Part shown: positions 38,828 through 50,052 of the stretch, in pieces | How positions within the stretch are numbered: position 1 is the stretch's first letter | Layout: each line of letters opens with the position of its first letter | Notes under the pieces: generated by a model | What the model was told of the DNA's origin: nothing | The model's database searches: none | The model's input: the letters and a program-made list of their open reading frames with translations, nothing else | Position numbers and translations under genes: made by a program | Assembly (NCBI RefSeq): GCF_021869535.1 | Contig: NW_026262593.1 | Span: 31,496,001 to 31,560,000 of the forward strand | DNA length: 64,000 bases | Origin: Mytilus californianus | Lineage: Eukaryota | Reading direction: 5' to 3'

Positions 38828-41800
38828 TCAAGTCTTTTTCTCTTACGAGCTTTAGTTTCACACTGAGTTTCATTGCTTTTAAACTGAACATCAAGTCTGT
38901 TCAATTTTCTAGCTTTTGCATCAATGTCTCTTTCCTTTTGCCTGTATTGTTCATCAAGTCTTTTCAATTTTCTAGCTTTCACATCAATGTCTCTTTCATT
39001 TTGCCTGTATTGTTCATCAAGTCTTTTTCTCTTACGAGCTTTAGTTTCCCGCTCAGTTTCATTGCTTTTAAACTCAACATCAAGTCTGTTCAATTTTCTA
39101 GCTTTCGCATCAATGTCTCTTTTATTTCGCCCATATTGTTCATCAAGTCTTTTTCTCTTACGAGCTTTGGTTTCACACTCAGTTTCATTGCTTTTAAACT
39201 CAACATCAAGTCTGTTCAATTTTCTAGCTTTTGCATCAATGTCTCTTTCCTTTTGCCTGTATTGTTCATCAAGTCTTTTCAATTTTCTAGCTTTCACATC
39301 AATGTCTCTTTCATTTTGCCTGTATTGTTCATCAAGTCTTTTTCTCTTACGAGCTTTAGTTTCCCGCTCAGTTTCATTGCTTTTAATCTCAACATCAAGT
39401 CTGTTCAATTTTCTAGCTTTCACATCAATGTCTCTTTCATTTTGCCTGTATTGTTCATCAAGTTTTTTTCTCTTACGAGCTTTGGTTTCACACTCAGTTT
39501 CATTGCTTTTAAACTCAACATCAAGTCTGTTCAATTTACTAGCTTTTGCATCAATGTCTCTTTCCTTTTGCCTGTATTGTTCATCAAGTCTTTTCAATTT
39601 TCTAGCTTTCACATCAATGTCTCTTTCATTTTGCCTGTATTGTTCATCAATTTTTTTTCTCTTACGAGCTTTGGTTTCACACTCAGTTTCATTGCTTTTA
39701 AACTCAACATCAAGTCTGTTCAATTTACTAGCTTTTGCATCAATGTCTCTTTCCTTTTGCCTGTATTGTTCATCAAGTCTTTTCAATTTTCTAGCTTTCA
39801 CATCAATGTCTCTTTCATTTTGCCTGTATTGTTCATCAAGTCTTTTTCTCTTACGAGCTTTAGTTTCCCGCTCAGTTTCATTGCTTTTAAACTCAACATC
39901 AAGTCTGTTCAATTTTCTAGCTTTCGCATCAATGTCTCTTTCATTTCGCCTGTATTGTTCATCAAGTCTTTTTCTCTTACGAGCTTTGGTTTCACACTCA
40001 GTTTCATTGCTTTTAAACTGAACATCAAGTCTGTTTAATTTTCTAGCTTTTGCATCAATGTCTCTTTCCTTTTGCCTGTATTGTTCATCAAGTCTTTTCA
40101 ATTTTCTAGCTTTCACATCAATGTCTCTTTCATTTTGCCTGTATTGTTCATCAAGTCTTTTTCTCTTACGAGCTTTAGTTTCCCGCTCAGTTTCATTGCT
40201 TTTAAACTCAACATCAAGTCTGTTCAATTTTCTAGCTTTCGCATCAATGTCTCTTTCATTTCGCCTCTATTGTTCATCAAGTCTTTTTCTCTTACGAGCT
40301 TTGGTTTCACACTCAGTTTCATTGCTTTTAAACTCAACATCAAGTCTGTTCAATTTTCTAGCTTTCACATCAATGTCTCTTTCATTTTGCCTGTATTGTT
40401 CATCAAGTCTTTTTCTCTTACGAGCTTTAGTTTCCCGCTCAGTTTCATTGCTTTTAAACTCAACATCAAGTCTGTTCAATTTTCTAGCTTTCGCATCAAT
40501 GTCTCTTTTATTTTGCCTGTATTGTTCATCAAGTTTTTTTCTCTTACGAGCTTTGGTTTCACACTCAGTTTCATTGCTTTTAAACTGAACATCAAGTCTG
40601 TTTTATTTTCTAGCTTTTGCATCAATGTCTCTTTCCTTTTGCCTGTATTGTTCATCAAGTCTTTTCAATTTTCTAGCTTTCACATCAATGTCTCTTTCAT
40701 TTTGCCTGTATTGTACATCAAGTCTTTTTCTCTTACGAGCTTTGGTTTCACACTCAGTTTCATTGCTTTTAAACTGAACATCAAGTCTGTTTAATTTTCT
40801 AGCTTTTGCATCAATGTCTCTTTCCTTTTGCCTGTATTGTTCATCAAGTCTTTTCAATTTTCTAGCTTTCACATCAATGTCTCTTTCATTTTGCCTGTAT
40901 TGTTCATCAAGTCTTTTTCTCTTACGAGCTTTAGTTTCCCGCTCAGTTTCATTGCTTTTAAACTCAACATCAAGTCTGTTCAATTTTCCAGCTTTCGCAT
41001 CAATGTCTCTTTCATTTTGCCTGTATTGTTCATCAAGTTTTTTTCTCTTACGAGCTTTGGTTTCACACTCAGTTTCATTGCTTTTAAACTCAACATCAAG
41101 TCTGTTCAATTTTCTAGCTTTTGCATCAATGTCTCTTTCCTTTTGCCTGTATTGTTCATCAAGTCTTTTCAATTTTCTAGCTTTCACATCAATGTCTCTT
41201 TCATTTTGCCTGTATTGTTCATCAAGTCTTTTTCTCTTACGAGCTTTAGTTTCCCGCTCAGTTTCATTGCTTTTAAACTCAGCATCAAGTCTGTTCAATT
41301 TTCTAGCTTTCGCATCAATGTCTCTTTCCTTTTGCCTGTATTGTTCATCAAGTCTTTTTCTCTTACGAGCTTTGGTTTCACACTCAGTTTCATTGCTTTT
41401 AAACTGAACATCAAGTCTGTTTAATTTTCTAGCTTTTGCATCAATGTCTCTTTCCTTTTGCCTGTATTGTTCATCAAGTCTTTTCAATTTTCTAGCTTTC
41501 ACATCAATGTCTCTTTCATTTTGCCTGTATTGTTCATCAAGTCTTTTTCTCTTACGAGCTTTAGGTTCCCGCTCAGTTTCATTGCTTTTAAACTCAACAT
41601 CAAGTCTGTTCAATTTTCTAGCTTTCGCATCAATGTCTCTTTCATTTCGCCTCTATTGTTCATCAAGTCTTTTTCTCTTACGAGCTTTGGTTTCACACTC
41701 AGTTTCATTGCTTTTAAACTCAACATCAAGTCTGTTCAATTTTCTAGCTTTCACATCAATGTCTCTTTCATTTTGCCTGTATTGTTCATCAAGTCTTTTT

Positions 41801-44624
41801 CTCTTACGAGCTTTAGTTTCCCGCTCAGTTTCATTGCTTTTAAACTCAACATCAAGTCTGTTCAATTTTCTAGCTTTCGCATCAATGTCTCTTTTATTTT
41901 GCCTGTATTGTTCATCAAGTTTTTTTCTCTTACGAGCTTTGGTTTCACACTCAGTTTCATTGCTTTTAAACTGAACATCAAGTCTGTTTTATTTTCTAGC
42001 TTTTGCATCAATGTCTCTTTCCTTTTGCCTGTATTGTTCATCAAGTCTTTTCAATTTTCTAGCTTTCACATCAATGTCTCTTTCATTTTGCCTGTATTGT
42101 ACATCAAGTCTTTTTCTCTTACGAGCTTTGGTTTCACACTCAGTTTCATTGCTTTTAAACTGAACATCAAGTCTGTTTAATTTTCTAGCTTTTGCATCAA
42201 TGTCTCTTTCCTTTTGCCTGTATTGTTCATCAAGTCTTTTCAATTTTCTAGCTTTCACATCAATGTCTCTTTCATTTTGCCTGTATTGTTCATCAAGTCT
42301 TTTTCTCTTACGAGCTTTAGTTTCCCGCTCAGTTTCATTGCTTTTAAACTCAAGATCAAGTCTGTTCAATTTTCTAGCTTTCGCATCAATGTCTCTTTTA
42401 TTTTGCCTGTATTGTTCATCAAGTTTTTTTCTCTTACGAGCTTTGGTTTCACACTCAGTTTCATTGCTTTTAAACTGAACATCAAGTCTGTTTTATTTTC
42501 TAGCTTTTGCATCAATGTCTCTTTCCTTTTGCCTGTATTGTTCATCAAGTCTTTTCAATTTTCTAGCTGTCACATCAATGTCTCTTTCATTTTGCCTGTA
42601 TTGTACATCAAGTCTTTTTCTCTTACGAGCTTTAGTTTCCCGCTCAGTTTCATTGCTTTTAAACTCAACATCAAGTCTGTTCAATTTTCCAGCTTTCGCA
42701 TCAATGTCTCTTTCATTTTGCCTGTATTGTTCATCAAGTTTTTTTCTCTTACGAGCTTTGGTTTCACACTCAGTTTCATTGCTTTTAAACTCAACATCAA
42801 GTCTGTTCAATTTTCTAGCTTTTGCATCAATGTCTCTTTCCTTTTGCCTGTATTGTTCATCAAGTCTTTTCAATTTTCTAGCTTTCACATCAATGTCTCT
42901 TTCATTTTGCCTGTATTGTTCATCAAGTCTTTTTCTCTTACGAGCTTTAGTTTCCCGCTCAGTTTCATTGCTTTTAAACTCAGCATCAAGTCTGTTCAAT
43001 TTTCTAGCTTTCGCATCAATGTCTCTTTCCTTTTGCCTGTATTGTTCATCAAGTCTTTTTCTCTTACGAGCTTTGGTTTCACACTCAGTTTCATTGCTTT
43101 TAAACTGAACATCAAGTCTGTTTAATTTTCTAGCTTTTGCATCAATGTCTCTTTCCTTTTGCCTGTATTGTTCATCAAGTCTTTTCAATTTTCTAGCTTT
43201 CACATCAATGTCTCTTTCATTTTGCCTGTATTGTTCATCAAGTCTTTTTCTCTTACGAGCTTTAGGTTCCCGCTCAGTTTCATTGCTTTTAAACTCAACA
43301 TCAAGTCTGTTCAATTTTCTAGCTTTCGCATCAATGTCTCTTTCATTTCGCCTCTATTGTTCATCAAGTCTTTTTCTCTTACGAGCTTTAGTTTCCCGCT
43401 CAGTTTCATTGCTTTTAAACTCAACATCAAGTCTGTTCAATTTTCTAGCTTTCGCATCAATGTCTCTTTCATTTCGCCTGTATTGTTCATCAAGTCTTTT
43501 TCTCTTACGAGCTTTGGTTTCACACTCAGTTTCATTGCTTTTAAACTGAACATCAAGTCTGTTTTATTTTCTAGCTTTTGCATCAATGTCTCTTTCCTTT
43601 TGCCTGTATTGTTCATCAAGTCTTTTCAATTTTCTAGCTTTCACATCAATGTCTCTTTCATTTTGCCTGTATTGTACATCAAGTCTTTTTCTCTTACGAG
43701 CTTTAGTTTCCCGCTCAGTTTCATTGCTTTTAAACTCAACATCAAGTCTGTTCAATTTTCTAGCTTTTGCATCAATGTCTCTTTCCTTTTGCCTGTATTG
43801 TTCATCAAGTCTTTTCAATTTTCTAGCTTTCACATCAATGTCTCTTTCATTTTGCCTGTATTGTTCATCAAGTCTTTTTCTCTTACGAGCTTTAGTTTCC
43901 CGCTCAGTTTCATTGCTTTTAAACTCAGCATCAAGTCTGTTCAATTTTCTAGCTTTCGCATCAATGTCTCTTTCCTTTTGCCTGTATTGTTCATCAAGTC
44001 TTTTTCTCTTACGAGCTTTGGTTTCACACTCAGTTTCATTGCTTTTAAACTGAACATCAAGTCTGTTTAATTTTCTAGCTTTTGCATCAATGTCTCTTTC
44101 CTTTTGCCTGTATTGTTCATCAAGTCTTTTCAATTTTCTAGCTTTCACATCAATGTCTCTTTCATTTTGCCTGTATTGTTCATCAAGTCTTTTTCTCTTA
44201 CGAGCTTTAGGTTCCCGCTCAGTTTCATTGCTTTTAAACTCAACATCAAGTCTGTTCAATTTTCTAGCTTTCGCATCAATGTCTCTTTCATTTCGCCTCT
44301 ATTGTTCATCAAGTCTTTTTCTCTTACGAGCTTTAGTTTCCCGCTCAGTTTCATTGCTTTTAAACTCAACATCAAGTCTGTTCAATTTTCTAGCTTTCGC
44401 ATCAATGTCTCTTTCATTTCGCCTGTATTGTTCATCAAGTCTTTTTCTCTTACGAGCTTTGGTTTCACACTCAGTTTCATTGCTTTTAAACTGAACATCA
44501 AGTCTGTTTTATTTTCTAGCTTTTGCATCAATGTCTCTTTCCTTTTGCCTGTATTGTTCATCAAGTCTGTTCAATTTTCCAGCTTTCCCATCAATGTCTC
44601 TTTCATTTTGCCTGTATTGTTCAT
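38828..44624 (-). repeat. In-frame coding tandem array, ~92 x 63 bp (21 aa; unit types LNRLDVEFKSNETERETKARK and RKRLDEQYRQNERDIDVKARK)
   Basis: All minus-strand ORF ends (37561, 40267, 40603, 41653, 41989, 42493, 43564, 44509) are in one frame, and spacings between like stops are multiples of 63. Confidence 0.97.
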
Positions 44625-45402
44625 CTTGATGTTTGTCCTTTAGAGCTTTTGATCCTCGTGCATTTTTATCTTGATTATAACTATCATTCTTTCGTTTGTT
44701 CCTTTTATCTAACACTTGTTTGAAAGTGAATCTCCTACTTTTCCTTCTATTCTGCATATAAGTCCTGAAGTAATCTGTTCTACTCATGGAAGGCTGAAAG
44801 AGATAAGATGTCAATTAATTTTTTAAGGGATGAGAGAAAAGTTGAGATACTACTAAGAATTTATATAACTAGTCTGGAAAAACCAGAAATTAACTAAATA
44901 GTAACGACAACCAGCGAAATGACCAAAATGATCCTTATTGCAAACCAAAAAATTCAAAACCCTCAAAATTGAAAGGCTTTATTCTCTAGAAGTGGTTGAT
45001 GTGAATGAATGACATCAGAAAAGCTAACAGGAAAACAGTAGCCAGAGAGAGATAGCAATAGGGATAGAAGTTATCATGACCAAACCATAATTAAAATTCC
45101 TAGATTCTTGTGTACGTCAAACCCAATCAATTTGACTTTGATTTTTGTTCATGTTTCTTTTGATAAGAGGTATTCATCTCAGTATCGGCAATATCCATAA
45201 GAACAAATAACAAATTTTATCAGGACTGTCAAGTTTTTATCAGACTTTTGTGTGAGATTTGACTTGCAAGAGACTAGACAGATCTGTTATATCAATAGAC
45301 ATGATTTTCAAAACAACAGATATTTACAGATTCCCTGTAATTTCTACATGAGGGTAGAATAAACTCCTGCTTTAGATAAACATGAAATGATTTAACTAAT
45401 AC

Positions 45403-45477
45403 CTTATTTTCATCTTTATCCACTGGACTTTGTTTTGGTATTTTGTAGTTTTTTGGGACTGTGTGAACTTTCAAGAT
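45403..45477 (-). CDS. Putative phase-0 exon of the RepHel gene (ILKVHTVPKNYKIPKQSPVDKDENK)
   Basis: ttccag| acceptor, AAG|gtatta donor, 75 nt open. Confidence 0.55.
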
Positions 45478-45648
45478 CTGGAATATAATCAAAGACATTA
45501 TATAAAATCAAATACAAAGTATGTTTGATAAGATGTAAAAAAATATCATCATAAACAAGGATATATTATTTATCATCTGAAACCAGCAATTAAACATATT
45601 CTAAGACTATGCCTTTCACATTGTACTCTTCTCACAATCATAACTCAC

Positions 45649-45877
45649 CTTCCAATAATGGGCAACAGTATCTCCAAGTATCATTAAGTACATCTGATCA
45701 AGGCATTTTTGAAATATGAACATGACATAATTTTTTCTATTTCTATTTTTAGTTATTTTGTGTTCATATTTCATTTCGTTACTGAATGTTCCTCGTTTTG
45801 TTGGTGGGTGTTTTTCTTGGTCTTCTAATTGTCCATTAAATTTCAAGTTAGAATCTTGGTTGCCTAGTTTTTACTTT
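45649..45877 (-). CDS. Putative exon with a +1 frameshift in an A-run
   Basis: tgtgtag| acceptor, AAG|gtgagt donor; 229 nt, open after removing one A. Confidence 0.45.
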
Positions 45878-45941
45878 CTACACAGATAGACAGACAGATG
45901 AATCATTTGAACATAAAAGAGCTTTCAATACATATTTATAC

Positions 45942-46382
45942 CTCTTTAGGAAGTGCCACAGGACTTGGTTTGGTTGTCGTTGCAATGGGTTGTCTCACAA
46001 AGGAGGGTACATGTGCTTGTTTCATGTAACATGGCTTAATTGAACGTGGTTTGGATGGACCTGGTTGTTGATCTGGTTCTGTTTTCGCTTGATATGGTTT
46101 GGATGGACCCCGTTGTTTATCTGGTTCTGTTTTGGCTGCATGTGGTTTGGATGGACCTGGTTGTTCATCTGGTTCTTTTTTCGCTAGACGTGGTTTGGAT
46201 GGACCCCTTTGTTTATCTGGTTTTGTTTTGGCTGCATGTGGTTTAGATGGACCCTGTTGTTTATCTGGTCCTGTTTTCGCTGGAAGTGATTTGGATGGAC
46301 CCAGCTGTGTCACTTCAAATGGCTTTTTCATGTTCTGTAGTTGCTTAGTTGAAACTAGGACCTGCTGTTTGGTGGTAGGAAC
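45942..46382 (-). CDS. Putative phase-0 exon encoding a Pro/Lys-rich 16-aa (48-bp) repeat (KTEPDKQRGPSKPHAA)
   Basis: ttttttag| acceptor, GAG|gtataa donor; 441 nt open. Confidence 0.65.
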
Positions 46383-46568
46383 CTAAAAAAACATACGTTC
46401 TTGATTTATACTTCAGAAAGAATTATCTGCATAAAGGTATGAGAAAACCTCAAAACATTTCTAAGCCAGTTTTCAGATTCATAAAACTCTTTCATTCAAT
46501 GAGTATGTTAAATATTTGTAAAGTCTTGCTGTAAAATGGGAAATTTTCAGGATTCTTAACACAATTAC

Positions 46569-46640
46569 CTTGTTGGAATATTTCTCTGGACCTGGTTCTG
46601 TAGCCATTGAGTTTTGTTGTCCTCCTTTAATGGTATCAAC
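46569..46640 (-). CDS. Putative phase-0 exon (VDTIKGGQQNSMATEPGPEKYSNK)
   Basis: gtttttag| acceptor, AAG|gtaatt donor; 72 nt open. Confidence 0.6.
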
Positions 46641-47377
46641 CTAAAAACAAAAGCATAGGCAACTAACTATACATGTACATGCAATTTTCAGGATACCTTT
46701 TACACAAGTTTTATATTGTAATGCATTGTTATCTAATATTGCATAACATGTATTCATAAGGGGCGTACCCACCACATGCAAAAGTGGCATAAATATGATG
46801 ATTTTTAGTGAAATTTTCACATTTCACTCCACTTGCCGATTTTAACACGTCACATCCCCTCTTAACTTAATTTCTTAGACCCCCCCCCCCCCCCCCCCCC
46901 CCATTCTGCTCCTCCTTGGTCACTTTTATAAATGTTTGATTAAAGAGCCTTGAAAAGGCAACATTTGAGGTACATACCAATGACTCTTTCTTCCGTTTTC
47001 TTTCCAATTGTAATGTCTTTTCGGACTTCTTTTCAAACTTCCCCATGATAAATAGTGTGATTTCACAAAGTATTATTTCTATATAATTTGAGTTGCCACT
47101 ATATTCTGTTACTTTGCACCAATCAATTCCATACTGTCCTGATTTTAGTCATGAAAACATCACCGGGTTATCCATTCACTAAAAAAAAAAAACTTTATTA
47201 CTATCAAATACATAAATTTTACAAAGTACATTCTTTGTGTACAAGTATATAAATTAACAACACAAAAAGTACAGTTTGCAATGTCAGCTCTGCAACTAAG
47301 TTAATTAATTAACAACATAAAAAGTACAATTCAGTTTGCAATATCAGCTCTGGAACTAAGTTTTTTCTATTGATCGA

Positions 47378-47932
47378 TCATTTGTCTTTGGTCTTTCCAT
47401 TAACATTCTTTGTGACTGCACTCGTAGATGCTTTGTTATCTTTCTTTGTGATGGCACTTGTAGATGCTTCATCAAAATTCTTTGTGATGGCACGTGTAGA
47501 GGCTTGATCATCATTCTTCGTGATGGCACTCGTAGAGGCTTCATCATTTTTCTTCATTGGTGTACTTGTAAAAGAACACTCTTCAAGTTTAATATTCTTT
47601 TCTTCTATTGAGTCATCCAAGAGTGACATTTCCAGTTCAAATTGTTGCACTCTTTCATATCTTTCACATTTTCTCTTCATGTCAAATTTTTCTTTCTTCA
47701 AACTGCAGAGTTCAGTCCTAAATTTTTTTTCGTTTTCTGCCATTGTCTTCTTTAGGTTTGAAAGTTCGTTATTCAGGTTGATAGCTTCCTTCCTTAATTC
47801 ATTTCCGAGCTTTTTAATTTTGTCTGTTGATGAGTTCATAAACCTTCCATGTTCATCATTTGATCTTGATACCTTTCCAAAGCATCCATTTACAGCAATT
47901 ATATCATCAGCAATTTGGTTAATCTTGTCCAT
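47378..47932 (-). CDS. Coiled-coil protein ORF with a C-terminal 12-aa (36-bp) repeat (NDEASTSAITKK), function unknown
   Basis: 184-codon ORF; the ATG follows a tatgtag| acceptor by 6 nt; heptad-like E/K/L-rich middle. Confidence 0.55.
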   Translation of the reverse strand: MDKINQIADDIIAVNGCFGKVSRSNDEHGRFMNSSTDKIKKLGNELRKEAINLNNELSNLKKTMAENEKKFRTELCSLKKEKFDMKRKCERYERVQQFELEMSLLDDSIEEKNIKLEECSFTSTPMKKNDEASTSAITKNDDQASTRAITKNFDEASTSAITKKDNKASTSAVTKNVNGKTKDK

Positions 47933-48304
47933 TTTTATCTACATAAAAAACAAGTATGGAACATTAAGTTATACCCTGCCACTTACCGATGGAAAAGGGG
48001 TGGATGACAATAAAATGAAAAATGGCAGAACTCAAAAAGTATATTTTGGATTAAGCCATTGATCCTTTCTTTAAGTTATAATCTGGAAACTGCCATGAGA
48101 GGACAGATAGACAGACACTCAACAGCTATTTTTTTTTGGAGGGAATCACATAATACTGTAATTGGCATGGTATAAAAATATTTCAAAATTCAAAATTGAT
48201 CCAAGAATACATGTACTTGAGTAATGGTATATCATTGAAAATGCTGATGCACAGACACAATGAGAGTGATTACTGTAGGAGGTTGCCGTTCTCACAACAA
48301 GACC

Positions 48305-48475
48305 CTAATAATGAATATCCCAGCCACTGCAGCTGATGTCCATGCCACTAGGCAAATCCATGATCATTTTGTCATTCCAAACTAGATTGTATTAATGAAT
48401 ATCCCAGCCACTGCAGCTACTGTCCATGCCACTGGGCAAACCCATGGTCCTTTTGTCATTCCAAACTCATTTGTA
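48305..48475. repeat. Two tandem ~84-bp units
   Basis: taatgaatatcccagccactgcagct..gtccatgccact..ttttgtcattccaaact occurs twice. Confidence 0.85.
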
Positions 48476-49179
48476 CTAGTATGCGAATATATTTAGAGAT
48501 AAGCATTTATAGAAAAGCATGATGTATGTTACAACAATTAAATGATACATTGGTAAGAGTTAAAGCTACAAAACATGCATAAACTATGTTTTATTTGTGA
48601 TGAAAGCATACTAATGATTAAGTGTGGAAGGTCCGGCAACACTATGAGGGAGCGGACCATGGAAAGGGTTACATTACAGGCAAATTTTTTTTTGTTATCA
48701 GAATCATAGTTGATACCCAATGAAATTGATCTGTATATGTAAAAGTGACATAATTTAGCAGCATTAGCCAAAAATCAGATGTAATGAAACCCTTTTTCAA
48801 ACCAAATGTTTTGGGTTTTGGTTGTCTTTAGTGAAGGAATGTCTGCTTAATTTTGAAAAAACTATATAAGCATGTTCATCAGTTTACATAAATTGCAGTT
48901 TTCACACTGCTATTATAAAAAAAATTTTAAAAAGTGAAAAAACATTTGATTTGAATGTTGCCATATGAAAGCTGTGCAAAGATTTTACTAAAGGATTTTA
49001 ATCAATATTTACCTTTTTTTTCAAGCTGCAATATACTCCATTCTAGCACATCTGAAATGCTGACTACAATCCCCCTATATTTAATGGAGCTGCTAGTGGG
49101 ATGTTGAAAACTCGGCAAAACATAAGCGTGTAAACTTTTAAGAAAAAGATACAGCAGGACAAAAGACAAAAAGGTCAAT

Positions 49180-49957
49180 AAAAATTCAATAACTCAAAAA
49201 TAAAATAAAGAATCATCATGAAAAAGAAAGTGTTATGCAATAATCATTAATAGTCTCTGAGATACAGTGTGACATGTGAACCCCCCCCCCTTTTTTTATA
49301 AAAAACTCAACTCAATAACTCTAAAATAAAATTTTGAATCATCACCAAAAAAAATACAGATCTTTAGATTAATATAACTAAGAAGTGTGTAAAATTTTAA
49401 GCAATAATCATAAATCGTTTTTGAGATACGGCGCGACATGTGAAAACCCCCTCCCCCTTTTTTTACAAAATACTCAATAACTCTAAAATAAAATTTTGAA
49501 TCATCACCAAAAAGTATACAGATCTTAAGGTTAATATAACTAAGAAGTGTGTAAAGTTTTAAGCAATAATCATAAACTGTTTTTGAGATACGGCGCGACA
49601 TGGGGAAAACCCCTCCCCCTTTTTTAACAAAATACTCAATATCTCTAAAATAAAATTTTGAATCATCACCAAAAGGTATACAGATCTTATGATTAATATA
49701 ACTAAGAAGTGTGTAAAGTTTTAAGCAATAATCATAAATTGTTTTTGAGATATGCCGCGACATGTGAAAAAAAACACACACCTGTTTTAGTTACTAAGTC
49801 CCGTAACTCAAAAAGTTTTAATCTTATTTTCACCAAAAAGTATACAGATCGTTTGACCATCATAAGAAAGAACTATGTTAAGTTTCATAAAATTTGGATA
49901 AGTCATTCTCAAGTTACTGTGCGACATGTTTACGCCGGACAGACAGACGGACAGACG

Positions 49958-49989
<32 letters not shown>

Positions 49990-50052
49990 GACGGACGCCG
50001 GACATTTGTATACCATAATACGTCCCGTCAAAAATTTGACAGGCGTATAAAA
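49180..50052 (+). mobile_element. HINE/pearl (DINE-1-like) element with ~160-bp internal tandem units and a (GACA/GACG)n microsatellite
   Basis: Three repeats of taaaataaaattttgaatcatcacc; microsatellite at ~49937-50000; terminal hairpin cgtcccgtcaaaaatttgacaggcg then tataaaa. Confidence 0.8.

Larger units (their letters stand above)
33360..44794 (-). pseudogene. Helentron-type RepHel-endonuclease gene (rolling-circle transposon), disrupted
   Basis: Colinear repeat array, Cys-rich/DUF6570-like region, HUH Rep, PIF1 helicase and EEP endonuclease. Nonsense codon at 37561, frameshifts near 36080 and 34925, and nine stops within the array. Confidence 0.93.

Noticed and set aside
38828-44624. 63-bp array as a CRISPR array
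   Set aside because: No unique spacers, the units are in-frame coding, the context is eukaryotic and there are no cas genes.
38924-44643. Many long plus-strand ORFs rich in S/L/F that look like membrane proteins
   Set aside because: They are antisense shadows of the 63-bp array; the minus frame is continuous with the Rep-helicase.
31817-49108. 12-bp inverted match (ttcaacatccca / tgggatgttgaa) as Helentron subterminal repeats
   Set aside because: Matches this short are expected by chance in 64 kb, there is no adjoining terminal hairpin or T-run, and the putative exon chain gives no support.
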